In this document: piece after piece, positions 25,201 to 38,800 of the stretch
Numbering within the stretch: position 1 is the first letter of the stretch
How the letters are laid out: every line of letters begins with the position of its first letter
Assembly (NCBI RefSeq): GCF_001194135.2
Contig: NC_068986.1
Coordinates: 35,675,599 to 35,739,328, forward strand
From: Octopus bimaculoides
Lineage: Eukaryota
Reading direction: 5' to 3'
Length of the DNA: 63,730 bases
Translations under genes and position numbers: made by a program
The notes under the pieces: generated by a model
Seen by the model: only the letters and a program-made list of their open reading frames with translations
What the model was told of the DNA's origin: nothing
Database searches by the model: none

Positions 25201-28006
25201 TCATTTATATAATGTGATTTACGACATGTCTCTTCCAGTTGTCTTACATATTCACAAGTGATTTCTGTAATCCTTTTAATTCAGGATTTAATCTATTAAC
25301 TTCCTCACACCCTTCTTGAATAAAGCTGATTTTGCTATTTTTTTCCATGCAGAATCGAAGAGAAACTTTTCCAAGCCCACGCAAAGATTTTAGCTGAAAA
25401 GATGTCAAACCACGTTTGTTTTTACATAAAAAAATATAATACAAAGGAAAAAGACTTCTATTTTTTTTTCTTTTTGTCCAAATATTATTCTTCAGTTATA
25501 TTTGTTTTCTTTTTGATAGTAAATTTTACCCAACAAAGTTCCATAGAATCTTTAAAGGGAGAAATAACAAAAAACGTTACTATTATCATGATATGTACTG
25601 TATCCAAGAAGCAACGAAAGTTATTACACTGGGTTTCTAACTTTGTACTATGTAACATTTTTATTTTAAGATATGAGCTACAAATTTCAGCCTGGGTTGT
25701 ATGGAAGCCAGTGGAGGAGTCAAATTCTTTGAAGGTTTGAATTATTTTCGTTCAGTGGTGTTCTGCGTATCAATCCGCCTTTGGACGGTTCCATTATCGT
25801 TCTAGCCGTCTTTACTATAAGTTGATATAACCTCTCGTTCAGCCGTTCTCCTCCTCTGAAGAAAGGGACAGTAAGTGTTCTCCGCACGATCCCTCTCACG
25901 GTGGGACATAATTGATTGAGAGGGAGAGAGAAATATTAAGCTGCATCTGGTGGTGAGGCGCCAGTTCAGGAGTTCTGGAACTATGGAGAGCGTAGAGTCA
26001 CTCCTTAATTACCATAACTTCTGGGTTCATTCTAGTCCGGAACGGTAGTACCCTTCAGGGTACCCATCTATGGGTTAAATAAATTTTTTAAGGGTAGATT
26101 GAGCTCCATAGCTGCAGTGAATCTAGAAGGAAAGCTCCACTATTAAAACCCTCTTCCAGCATACCTTAAGCCATCACGGAAGAGTTTGGCCGATAAAACC
26201 AACACGAGGTATGTCCAATAACATAGATTCATACTATGAAGGCAACTATCGCATGTTAGTGCACATTCTGCCGCAGGCGGAGATTGCTGGTGATGATGTT
26301 AGGATCACATGGTTCCGGGTTCAGCGTGGTACCTTGGACGAGTGTTGACCAAAGCCTTCTGAGTGGATTAGGCAAACAGGAAGTGAAAGAATTCTATCGT
26401 GTGTGTGTGTGTGTGTGTGTGTATCTGTGCGTGTGTCACTACCACTTGACAACCAGTGTTGGTTTGTTTACGACCCCGTAACATAGTGGTTCGGCAACAG
26501 AGAGAGATAGAATAAGTACCAAGCTTAAAAAAAGCAAGTACTGAAGTCGTTTCATTCAACTAAAATTTCAAGGCGGTACCTCAGCATGGGCACAGTCTAA
26601 TGACTGAAACAAGTAAAAGAAAGATAAATAAAAGTTAATCACACAAATGTTGAGTAAGTAATAGAAGTCTTGTATAGTTTACCTGTTCATCTAATTTCTC
26701 TTGGTAAAACTGTTCTATCAAATCTCTTGTGTCTTCTTTATGGAGAGCCAGTTGTTCTCGTAGGTCCTACAGCATAAAGGGAACGTACGGTGTTTTATTG
26801 ATACAAGAGCAGCAACATCACAAATGAAATCAGCGACTACAATGGCGACAAGAACGTCAACGATAAAATAAACACATCCAGTGAGAAGATATACAAACCT
26901 GGAATTGTTTATCTGTTAACATTGTATCCATACTGAGACCTTTGTTGTTCGCGTAGAAAAACTCTAAAAGTAGAGTTAAAGCATCGTACATTCGTTGGTA
27001 GAAAACTTGGTGTTTCTGAAAGAGAAATATGTTTATATATATATATATAGAACAGCCATTTATGATCGTTTATTGCAGCTGCTTTCTTGAGGTTTCTTTC
27101 TTTATTAGGTTTCTTCCTTTCACCTTTTGGTACGGAGAATAACTAATATAATGGAGCATATTTATTAACTTATTTTGCATTTTAATTTCTGAACTATGAT
27201 GTCATTCCAAAGGACAAATCGTGGGTTAATTACATTTTTTTTACGCTGGGGGTGACAAGAGAGTGTCTGTAACTCAATGTAGACTCAACCACTCACCGAA
27301 ACCCATCCAGCAGAAAATCTAGGATGCAATAGCTGGAAGCAGAGAGAACTGCACCAGCAGTCGACTCCAGCTCGTTTTAGGCTGATCAAACTGGGGCAAC
27401 GTGAAATGATATTCTTTGCTCAAAGAGACAACGCGCTGCTGGTTACATGACTCGAAACCCATGACTTTATATTTGCCAGACCTACAGGCTACTTGCTAAG
27501 CATTGTGTCTTCACACAAACTGCAATAGTCCAATCGATAGTATGTAGATTTGCAGCTATGTAACTTCATTAAGTGTATATACATTTATATACATTCATAT
27601 GAACACTCATTCATACAGCCACATACATGCTTATTACATGTAAATTCTCTGTTCGTAAGCATGCAGCATAATTCCCGAAATAAAATGGCTTTTAAATTCC
27701 ATTATTTGATTAAAAGTTATTACAAGAAATGAGAAAAATATTCTTGGCCAACAGCGAAGAGAAGATAGAAAATACATAAGGTGAATGTTTACTGTGAGAA
27801 AATTAATGATGAAGCGATAAAGTTTACTGTGAGGTTGTTATTGACATTTGAAGTGAACAATTTAAATCCGCTGATTATACATATTAAGACATACGCAAAC
27901 ACTTACAAACACTAACTCGAACACAGACACATGAGCGCGTGTGTCCTCTCTCTGTAAGTATAAGCGTATTGCGATCGTCACTTGTTTGATAAATGTGTGT
28001 CAGTAT

Positions 28007-28057
<51 letters not shown>

Positions 28058-31000
28058 NNNNNNNNNNNNNNNNNNNNNNNNNNNNNNNNNNNNNNNNNNN
28101 NNNNNNNNNNNNNNNNNNNNNNNNNNNNNNNNNNNNNNNNNNNNNNNNNNNNNNNNNNNNNNNNNNNNNNNNNNNNNNNNNNNNNNNNATATATATATAA
28201 ATATATATATATATAGTGAAGCCAAACAAAGAAGAACATGAAAAACAACAACACGAGGACGTGGTACTAGTGATGTATTATCAGACGCTCAGGAATATAT
28301 ATATATATATATATATATAGAAAGAGAGAGAAAGAAAAGCTCGAATCACTGAAAGTACAACATATGCTAAAGACGTCTACAAGGTGTGATATCTGTGCGT
28401 GTGTGCATCATAATTATATTGATATAAATCAGAAAACCGCAAGTTTGTCTCCCATTAACGCCATCTTTGTCTCATTACAGCATAAACACGAGTTTGTGTG
28501 TGTGTGTGTGCGTGTGTGTGTGACGTGTGTACGCGCACACACACACACTTTATAATTGTGATTATGCGTTAACATACACAACCAAAATATCCCATTTATC
28601 ACCTTATCCAAACAAATTTTAATTCAAAACGACGGTAATGGTTACTAAGTCAGTGAATTAATGAACAGGCATTCCTTCCCCTGCCGTAGTTCAACCATTA
28701 GATAAATTAGAGAGAGATTAAAAAGAAAATGATGTGTGTGTGTATGGCTTGTTGACAGATAAGTTTATTTACCTGGCGATCACTGTCGCTCGACCAGCTC
28801 AAAATAACAACCAAATTTCACAAATTACGCAACAGACATCAAAAATGTATTAAACAATACAGGCACTGATATATAAAAGTCTTTGATAGTGTCTGTCTGT
28901 ATGTGTCTGTGTATATAATATTTTTGTAATTTCCAATATACACTCTTGTGTGTATGGGTTCATATTCTTTTACTCTTATTCGTGTGTGTGTGTTCGAAGC
29001 GCGTATGATGCCTGTGTCTAAGATTAAACTTACCATATCTTCTGTAACCATGACATCGTTGAATTCCTCGAGGACCTCAACCCAGATGGAGTGCAAAATA
29101 CGGTTAAAGTTTGCACTGACGAGGTTTTGGTTTAGAGTAACGAGATTCTTGTCAAGGTATTCCATGAGATCCACAATTGCCTGCAAGTAAAGAAACCACA
29201 GGAAATTAGCGTTGTGGAATCGTAATTGTGTATTCTCACCTGTTGAAGTAATAACTATATTATAATCTTTATTGTTTATGACGATAAAGAAGATGATGTT
29301 GATAACGATAACGATGAAAATGATGATGATGACAACGACGATGGTTATGACAACTATGGTATCGGTGATGGTAATGATAACAGTGATGATGATGATGATG
29401 ATAAAAATGATAATGTCGATTAGAGATATATTTGTGATAAGGGGAACAGACATTAAGTAAACATATAAACATCACTGTGAATTTATGACATAAGGGAAAC
29501 TAGTCTCTTGTTCATTCTTTAAAAAAAGCAAAGCGAGAAACAAATCAAAAAACAAAACGGAAAAAAGAAAAAAGAGAACAGAAACACTGTAAAGATAACT
29601 GCTGACTGAATAAAATAGTCTAGTCTATTAGCCGTCGCTTGAAATGCTTGAAATAGCAGCCAAATAACTCAATCCACTGCGGTAGTTTTAAGATGCAGTA
29701 CATTCCATACATAGCAAATAGCCACTCAGAAAATGGATCGCCGTCTGTTTCGATACTAAGAAGAGAGGTCGATCAGATGAAGACTTGCTCTTTGGATTTG
29801 CACATAAGTAACTGAGTACTCCATAGGTATGTGTACCCTTAAAGTAATCACCAGGTACAATGAGCGTGAGAATGTGAATTCAGGTTGAATCTTTATAAGT
29901 ACCAAGGGTTATTGTGACTTAACACTCGATAAAAATCAAACACTTTTTACTGTACTTCCCACACCCAACAACCAGATTTATTTTATTGAACTCCTAAAAT
30001 GGAAAGGTAAATACGACCCAGTATGATTTGAACTGATAACGCGAAGAAATGAAGTTAAATATCACAAAATATTTAGTTTGTAATTTTGCCAATTCTATTA
30101 TAATCATTATCATAACATATAGCTGGCATAATCGTTACCACGCCAAACGAAATGCTTAGCGGCATTTCGCCTGTCTCTACGTTCTGAGTTCAAATTCCGC
30201 TGAGATCGACTTTACGTTTCATTCTTTCGGGGTCGATAAATTAAGTACCAGTGAAACACTGGGTTCCATGTAATCGATTAGTCCCCTCCCGCAAAATTTC
30301 TGGACTCGTGCCTTTAGTGGAAAGGATTATTACAATATAATAAATACAGACATAAAAAGAGTATCCAAACACAGAAGCTAAGATTACTTGAAGTGAACAA
30401 CAATATTTCCACAACACTGATATTTCTATACCACAAGATACAGTCAGGTGACATATCTTAATGTTTGTTTGTTAGCATAGCCAAGAGAGAATTAATATGA
30501 AAAGACAATGACTTTTCTAAGTTTTTCACTCCAGTGAGATTGCGGTAGTTGATATTGTACAGCTGTAGGTCAATGTTTTATAAGTAAAAGTAGGCGGAAA
30601 GCTAATTCCATACACTTGTAAAGTTGGACGTGGTAGGCTTGTGAGGAGGAAACTAGTTTAGTAAAGGATCACACAATTCAGACGCACTAAGCGTGGCAGA
30701 TTTAGCAGAGGAGATTAACTCCTGTTGCTGTTTATCCCTAGGTCAGCCTTGAATGAGTAGACCTATGATCAGGAGCATTCCAGCCGTGTCAATAATCCAA
30801 AGTGTCTTTTTATTAGACAGTGGAATGTTCTTTGAAGGAAATTTGACCGCTATTCCTAGGGTAAAAGGGATAAAGACCCCCCCTTCGGTCATAAATGACC
30901 ATAGGATTGCACCTAGAAAGTTCCACTTCGAGGAACAGGTCCGTGCAAGGTTGTTTATGGAAGATCAGCAGTCGCTCTCGCATACCAGCCTCCCACTTCA

Positions 31001-34000
31001 ACGCCATTGATGTTATCCAAGGAAAAAGCAAAGGTTGAAAGAAAGTCAAAATTTAAAAAGATAATCTTCACTATAGGAACAAAGCCTGAAATTTGACAGA
31101 GGGACAAATAGTCGATCACAACGACACAGTACACAACTGGTACTTATTTTATTAACTCCGAAAAGGTGAAAAGCCGTAGTCGACCTCGGCGGAAACTGAA
31201 CTCAGAACGTAAAGACGGACGAAATGCTGCTAAGCATTTTGCCCGTCTTGCTAACGATCCTGCCAGTTCGCCGTCATAATAATAATAATGTGAAAAAGGG
31301 AAGAAAACGAGAATTGATGTGACACTGGCACACGGGTTCATTCTTCTGAATCATGGCCACTTCAAACAATGTTCCGTATAATATAACATAACCCTAACCT
31401 ACAGTACATTAACGTATTGATTACCTCATCTGCAGGGACAACATCGGGTGTCCAGTTCATATGGAATACATCTTTCTTGATATCTGGACGCATCTGTTGA
31501 TAATAGAAAAGTCAAAGTTATTGGTAATTCATACACATATATATATATACTGTAGAACATGACAGTACGATTGCACCATTGCACGAGTAATTTGCAGTAC
31601 GAGCCGAGATTCGTGCGAATTCTTGACTTAAAGTATGAGCGGAGACCCGCAGTACGAGCACACAAATCGTCTCATCTTTAAGGTAATTCAGTTAATAAAA
31701 CCAGTTTACACATTTCTTTTGCTTTCTCTTTTTTATAATTGTCATTTTACTTATAACTACACCTTTTCTGTTTTAAAACCCATAAAAAAAAATTTTTGAG
31801 TGGTTTTGTGGGGCTGGAACGGATTAATTATATTTTAGTTAATTTCAATGGGGAAAATTGATTTGTAAAACGAGTAAAGTAAATCGTAAGACGAGCTCGG
31901 TTACGGAACGAATTAAACTCGTACGAGATNNNNNNNNNNNNNNNNNNNNNNNNNNNNNNNNNNNNNNNNNNNNNNNNNNNNNNNNNNNNNNNNNNNNNNN
32001 NNNNNNNNNNNNNNNNNNNNNNNNNNNNNNNNNNNNNNNNNNNNNNNNNNNNNNNNNNNNNNNNNNNNNNNNNNNNNNNNNNNNNNATATATAAACGTCC
32101 ATTATATCACACGGATGCAGAATTAAAAATATATGGATCACCGTCGGCTTCGTTGAAGTTTCATTTGCTCAATCAACTAGTTACCTACCCATTGAAGTGA
32201 TGTCTAAGTGGCTGAGCATTCCACAGACATACATACCCCTAACGTCAAGCAGTGACACAGTGTGTGACAAGGTGCATTCCAGAAGTTTTGGGATATTTTC
32301 TAGGAGAGGCAGTTACAACTGTCCTAAATTGTAGTAATTTTAGCGTAACATTACTATATATCTAACATGCTAACCTATCAACGTTTTTAATTCCAGATTG
32401 AAGGAGGCTGCTGTAACTTGCACTTTGGACTCACTCTCCTAAACACTGCTTGTCCCAGCTGACTAGTTTGCAGAATGCAGTCAGGACGTGAAGACAATTT
32501 GGAGGCTCGCTATGCAATAAAATTTTGGGCAAAGCCGCCATAGAAACTTATGAACTGCTCGAGGCTACTTATGGATTACCATGTATGAGACAACCATCTG
32601 TTTTTCGCACCATCTACATTCACTGGGTTCCCTCTGGCCAGACGGTCAACAGAGAGTACTTTATGGAGGTATTGAAAGTGTTCAGAAGGAGAGAGACTTC
32701 GTCACAAACGGCCACTTGGGATAGGGACACCTGCATCAGGATAAGTTCATCTTGGTAAACAACTATTTGACAGAGATGGGCATGAAAACTCTTCCTCACT
32801 CTCCCTAAAGACCAGACTTTGCTCCCGGTGACATTTAGTTGTTCCTCAAGTTGAAGGAGATGAGGGAGTCTGTAACAAGGGTACTGGACTGTACCTGTAG
32901 AGGTCCTCCATGGGGCCTTAACGATGTGCTGGAGTGCTTCAACAAGTGCACTGAAATCAGAGTATCCTACTTTGAAGGAGATTGGAAATTTGTACTCAGA
33001 AATTAATAGATGTCTCTCCTAAAATGTCTTAAATATTCTAGAATACAACTTGTACAAGCAGAATACATCGTCCACACATACAGACACGCATATATGCATA
33101 CGTAAATACATATTACATGGAGATACACAAACATACACAAATGTACACATACATTATAGAAAATGAAAACATACATATAGAAAATAACAATACTAAAACT
33201 GACCTTTGGTAAACAGTTTCGTTTCACTATCATGTGCTTGCAGCTTCGATGCTTGCGGCTTCGATACTATTATATTAAACCCTAATTAAGTGTCTTGTTC
33301 TAGGTTAGCTCCAGTTGGCTTGTAAGTGGAATTTAGTAGACGGAAGCTGCGCAGAACCCATGGTGTATATATGTACATATACACTGCTACCACTTATTAC
33401 ATTGTGAAATTAGCATGTTATGAAACACGAGTAATGAAGCTATACGCAGACTCTGCATGTGTGAATAGACATATACATAAAAGCGCATCTCTCTCTCTCA
33501 TATCTATCTACCTATCTATGATTAATTATTAGACATTATACGACTATGGCAGTACAAGCTAGCCAGTCCTAACTCCAAGTTAGGAGTTGTTTGATCTATT
33601 CGAGTAGAGTTGATCTATTGGTCTATTTGAGCAGAGTTGGAAGTCAAAAACTTTGGCGACGTGCATCGCTTCTGAGTTTAACATTATATATAAGCCAACC
33701 ATATTATTTATAGTCTTCAATTTTACCGTTTTTGAAATCAGCGCATGAGTTCAACGGTTTTCTTACAAGCTTACAAGGTGAGCTGAGTTTAACCCTAAGT
33801 GCAGTAAGAGTTACCGATGAGAATTAAGATGCTCTGCATCAAAATTCGAAATCACCGGTGATGTAGCTATGTCCGCAAAGGGAGCTTATTTCCTTTGTCA
33901 GTCGTTAACATTGTGGTCTTGTCCTTTGTGAGTCAGTTGGACTTTTTTCTAGCAATGCCAGTACTACTTAGTACCCCCTGTTACTTTAGTGACGACTATA

Positions 34001-35111
34001 AATTTGCTTTTACGCTATCAAATTGCTGATAAGCCACTGATTAATATGATAGATCGCTGACCACGACACACATATATATATTTTTCTCTCCTTGTTTCTT
34101 TCTGTGTTCCTTTCTGTTGAAGAGCATAGGCTCGAAACGTTAAAGATTTTTTCTATTCCCGAGCGTTATACTAATACATCCATTTGTTGTTTACACCACC
34201 TGTCTTCGTCTGTTGCTTTTTCGTGAATTCTCCTATATANNNNNNNNNNNNNNNNNNNNNNNNNNNNNNNNNNNNNNNNNNNNNNNNNNNNNNNNNNNNN
34301 NNNNNNNNNNNNNNNNNNNNNNNNNNNNNNNNNNNNNNNNNNNNNNATATATATATGTGTATGTGTGTGTGTATGTGTGTGCTGCTCTCTAAATAAGCAC
34401 AATATATCGAGTACTGTTACTGAGTGCCGATCTCCAAGGTTTCAGAAAAGAGGTACTTGGAAGGTATAAGGGAGTCTGATACACTAAGGTGTGATCAGGT
34501 ATGTCTGAAAGAGCAAAGAATACCCAAGTATATTGTGGTTTGATTGTTTTTCCAAACACCTATAAGTTTATGCACCATAAGCTGGCCGAAGAAGCCTTGA
34601 GAAGTAGCCATGTTCCACATGTTATTTTATATTTGAATTAAAAGATATACTTGTTCTTAAATATTAACTCCTTCGGTTGGTAACGCGAAGCGTATTTAAC
34701 AATTTATTCATTCATAACTCACACCGTATTAGCGTTCACGTCGTCATTAATGAACAATAAGTTAGCACGCTGAGCTTAATTCAGATACACCTTCGTGGCT
34801 ACCAGACGGTGATGACGTTTGCACCAGGAATTTCCACCTCAGGGTTCATAACTGTCTCATCTATATGAATGGAGCTGGGGTCTAAATCTAATTACTGTGT
34901 GCAGGCAGCGGATTATTTGCAGTACATACATACATACATACATACATACATAGGCACAGGCGTGTTTGTGCAGTAAGAAGCTTGCTTTCCAGCCACATAG
35001 TTCTGGGTTCAGTCCCACTGCGTGCTATCTCAGGCAAGTGTTTTCCTACTATAACCTCGGTCTGACCAAAGCATTGCGAGTGAATTCGGTAGACAGAAAC
35101 AAAGATGCCCG

Positions 35112-35150
<39 letters not shown>

Positions 35151-35366
35151 TGTGTGTGTAAGTCTTTTTGTCTGTGTTTGCCTCCTCCCAATACTTGACA
35201 ACCGATGTTGAGTTTTCAACCCAGTAACATAGCGGTTCAGTAAATGAGACTGATAGAATAAGTACCAGGCTTAAAAACAAGTACTGGGATCGATTCATTC
35301 GACTAAAACTTCAAGGTGGTACTCCAGTATGGCCGCAGTCGAATGATGGAAACAAGTAAAAAAAAT

Positions 35367-35426
<60 letters not shown>

Positions 35427-35436
35427 NNNNNNNNNN

Positions 35437-35499
<63 letters not shown>

Positions 35500-35820
35500 C
35501 ATTTGAAAGTCTCTATGCATAAAATGACTGAAGTTTATACATAAGCATCGAGGTTACAACAGAGACATGGCATTAACACTCGTTTTCTATATATCATAAT
35601 CATTTGGCAAAACTCTAATGCTATATGTATCAGTGTGTGTGTGATTGTGTGTGTGTATGTGTGAATTCATGGTGGTAACAGCTATAATATATCGATTAAT
35701 TATTGACGATATATATTATATATATCACGCAAAGTATATTATATTTATAAAACACACGCATATGTAGATATACGCATATACATTGCAAACACACACATAG
35801 AGACAGAGAGAGACACACAA

Positions 35821-35871
<51 letters not shown>

Positions 35872-38800
35872 TCTCTCTCTATCTATTCATCAGTGTGNNN
35901 NNNNNNNTCTCTCTATCTATTCATCAGTGTGTGTGTATGTGTGTGTGTGTGTGTGATAACATTTATTTACACTGAAGAATATGTTTGGGCCGGAAAACAA
36001 ATTTATGGTCACCATCTTAGTATTTATAGTATAAACATTGAAAGATATCAATCTCGTTAATCTTTATCAGGAAATCAATGAGATAACGTTATAGGCCATT
36101 ACTGAGGACATGTTGATTGTGACTCCTTTTCTCCAAAGCTACTGTTTTTACATTTAATAACTGACACCGAGTTCACGTGCGGACTCTGTACACAGTTGTT
36201 GATCATGCCTCTGCAGATTCTGGATGGGATGTTTTTGAGGAAGACTGGTAGTCGCCCATATATGCAAATCTCTGTTTTCCACGCCACCATTGTTTATGCC
36301 AATGAAAATCCGCAAACTTGGACAGATAGAGTTTGGCAATAGTATTGTCACAGGCGTTGCTGTTAGAATTCAAAGAGTTGAAACTGAACCAGGAAAGCAT
36401 CTCATTCGACATCACAAATTCTATCAATACGTTGCCCGATATGGTATTGTAATTTTAATCTGTCTCTGATGTAGTATGATAGGCGAAGTTGATCTCAGTG
36501 GCATTCGATCTCAAAGTGCAGAGCATCGGAACAAATAAGTGGGGCATTCTGTCGACTACTGTAATTATTCTACTAGTTCGTCGCTTTGACGCACTGTTTT
36601 CTGATCCAAAATCCCGGTCAGAACATACTCGACGTATCCCACCCTCAAAGAAAACGTTAATGAAGTCTGCAATGAAAAATAAATCAGTCTTAATTGCAAG
36701 CTAGCCTGTGATGTGTTCAAGAAGATGATTTATTGTTTATTTTGTTTACTTTGATTCTAGAAGACTTCTTGTTAGTCTTTTAGGAACAAAATTAATTACT
36801 TTTATAACTATACTAGAATATAGATTGCGATTCTTTCTATTCAGACAATAAGACGTTGGCAGAATGTTTAAAGGAATTGTCATCGCCAATCAGAGGTCTT
36901 AGGTTTAAAGTTCTACACTATGATACAACAAACTTGCCTGGGTCAATTGCCTTGTATCATAGACTCGGAATCGACCAGATCTCAGTCAGTGAAATTATCA
37001 GGTGAAAGCTTAATGAAAGCCATCGGATGGGGTATGCTTGTAATTCAAAGGTCCACCTTAGTCACACATTGAATAAAGTCGGATTTGTTTCCCGATTATG
37101 TTAACTGTACAAGTGTCTGTGGTGTACTCATTTACTAAAATAATACGTGATGAACTGTATCTAGAGCATAAAGGAACATATTACTCACCTGATGGAATAA
37201 TAGAATACTCATTGTTGATATTGGTAAAAGACCCTCTTTATATATTTATATATAGTATTTTATTGAGACTTAAACGAACGTCACGAACAGTTCGCATGAC
37301 TGCTTCAAGTAACATTTGTGAAGTCTTTTCAGTTTCAATAAAATATTTTTCTCCACCATTTGGTATCCGTGAACTATTTTCCCACATTGCTTTGCATAGA
37401 CTTGTGATCTCTCTCTTCTCTCACACATATATATGCTTGTATATGTGTATATTTTGAAAAGCGGAAGTACGAAACTCATTGCGCAAATGAGAGAGGTCAT
37501 AACTTCGCATATATTCATAAGCTTTAATGTCTTTAGAAATTCTTTCTCACATTTATGGAATGGAACACACGCACACAATAATAATATTTTCTACTCTAGG
37601 CACAAGGTATACAATTTATCGTCCCCGAAAGGATGAAAGGCAAAGTCGACCTCGGTGGAATTTGAACTCAGAACGTAAAGACAGACGAAATACCGCTAAG
37701 CATTACGCCCGGCGTGCTAACGGTTCTTATTTCTTTATTGCCCACAAGGGGCTAAACATAGAGGGGACAAACAAGGACAGACAAAGGGATTAAGTTGCTT
37801 ACATCGACCCCAGTGTATAATTGGTGCTTAATTTAATGACCTCGAAAGGATGAAAGACAAAGTCGACCTCGGCGGAATTTGAACTCAGAACGTAAAGACA
37901 GACGAAATACCACTAAGCATTTCGCCTGGCGTGCTCATCGTTTCTGCCAGATCGGCACCTGAGAACATTCCATAATAATAATGACATACATACCCTGTCT
38001 GCCACACGGTCAAGGACTCGCTTAATTTTATTAATCATCATCTGATCCGATTTGTTGACCAACGTAAATAGATTGATTTTCTCCAGTTTTCTTCTTCGTT
38101 TCGGATCGGCATATTCTAAATCCTGCTCCAGAGTTGCAAACCTCATCGTCTGTGCAATAGGTTTCAGTGTTATACGGACGTGTTCAATGTTGTTTATGGT
38201 AATACATAACTGTAATGAAGTGAAAAAAAAGAAAGAGAATATATGAATGATGATAATAATGGTTTTAAATGGTGGCCGAAAGTCAAAATTTAGGGGAATG
38301 GGGATAATCGATAACATTGACTCAAGTGCTTGACAAGTACTTAATCGCCCTCAAAAGGATGAAAGATAATGTTTATCTCGTGTGTATTTGAACTCAGAAC
38401 GTAAAGAGTCAGAAAAAAATGCTACGAATTTTGTCTGACGCACAATCTACCGCCCTAGTAATAACAAGAGCACAAACATTGGCTAAGGCAACGTCAACGT
38501 ACTATCAACGATTAGCCAGGGATGATTTTTAAGATGAGAATATCTGAAATAAACTCGACTGCTCTCACAAACGAAAATACTAAAAAAGAACCCGACCGCT
38601 CTAAAAAGTTAAGTAAAAAAAAACAAAAAATACAAACAAGAAAGATAATCCAAAATCCTTGTCCAGTATCGGATCGATTCCCAAATCTAATCAGTTTGTG
38701 CCAGTCACGAGGACAAACATCCCTGAAAGTTTTATCCAAATCCATCCAGCAGTTCTTGAGATATCTTGCCCACGGACAAACAAACAAATACGACTGAGAA

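Noticed and set aside
30850-31035. GC-richer repeat considered as an HDV-like ribozyme or LINE UTR
   Set aside because: Could not build the nested double pseudoknot by eye; left as an unclassified repeat.
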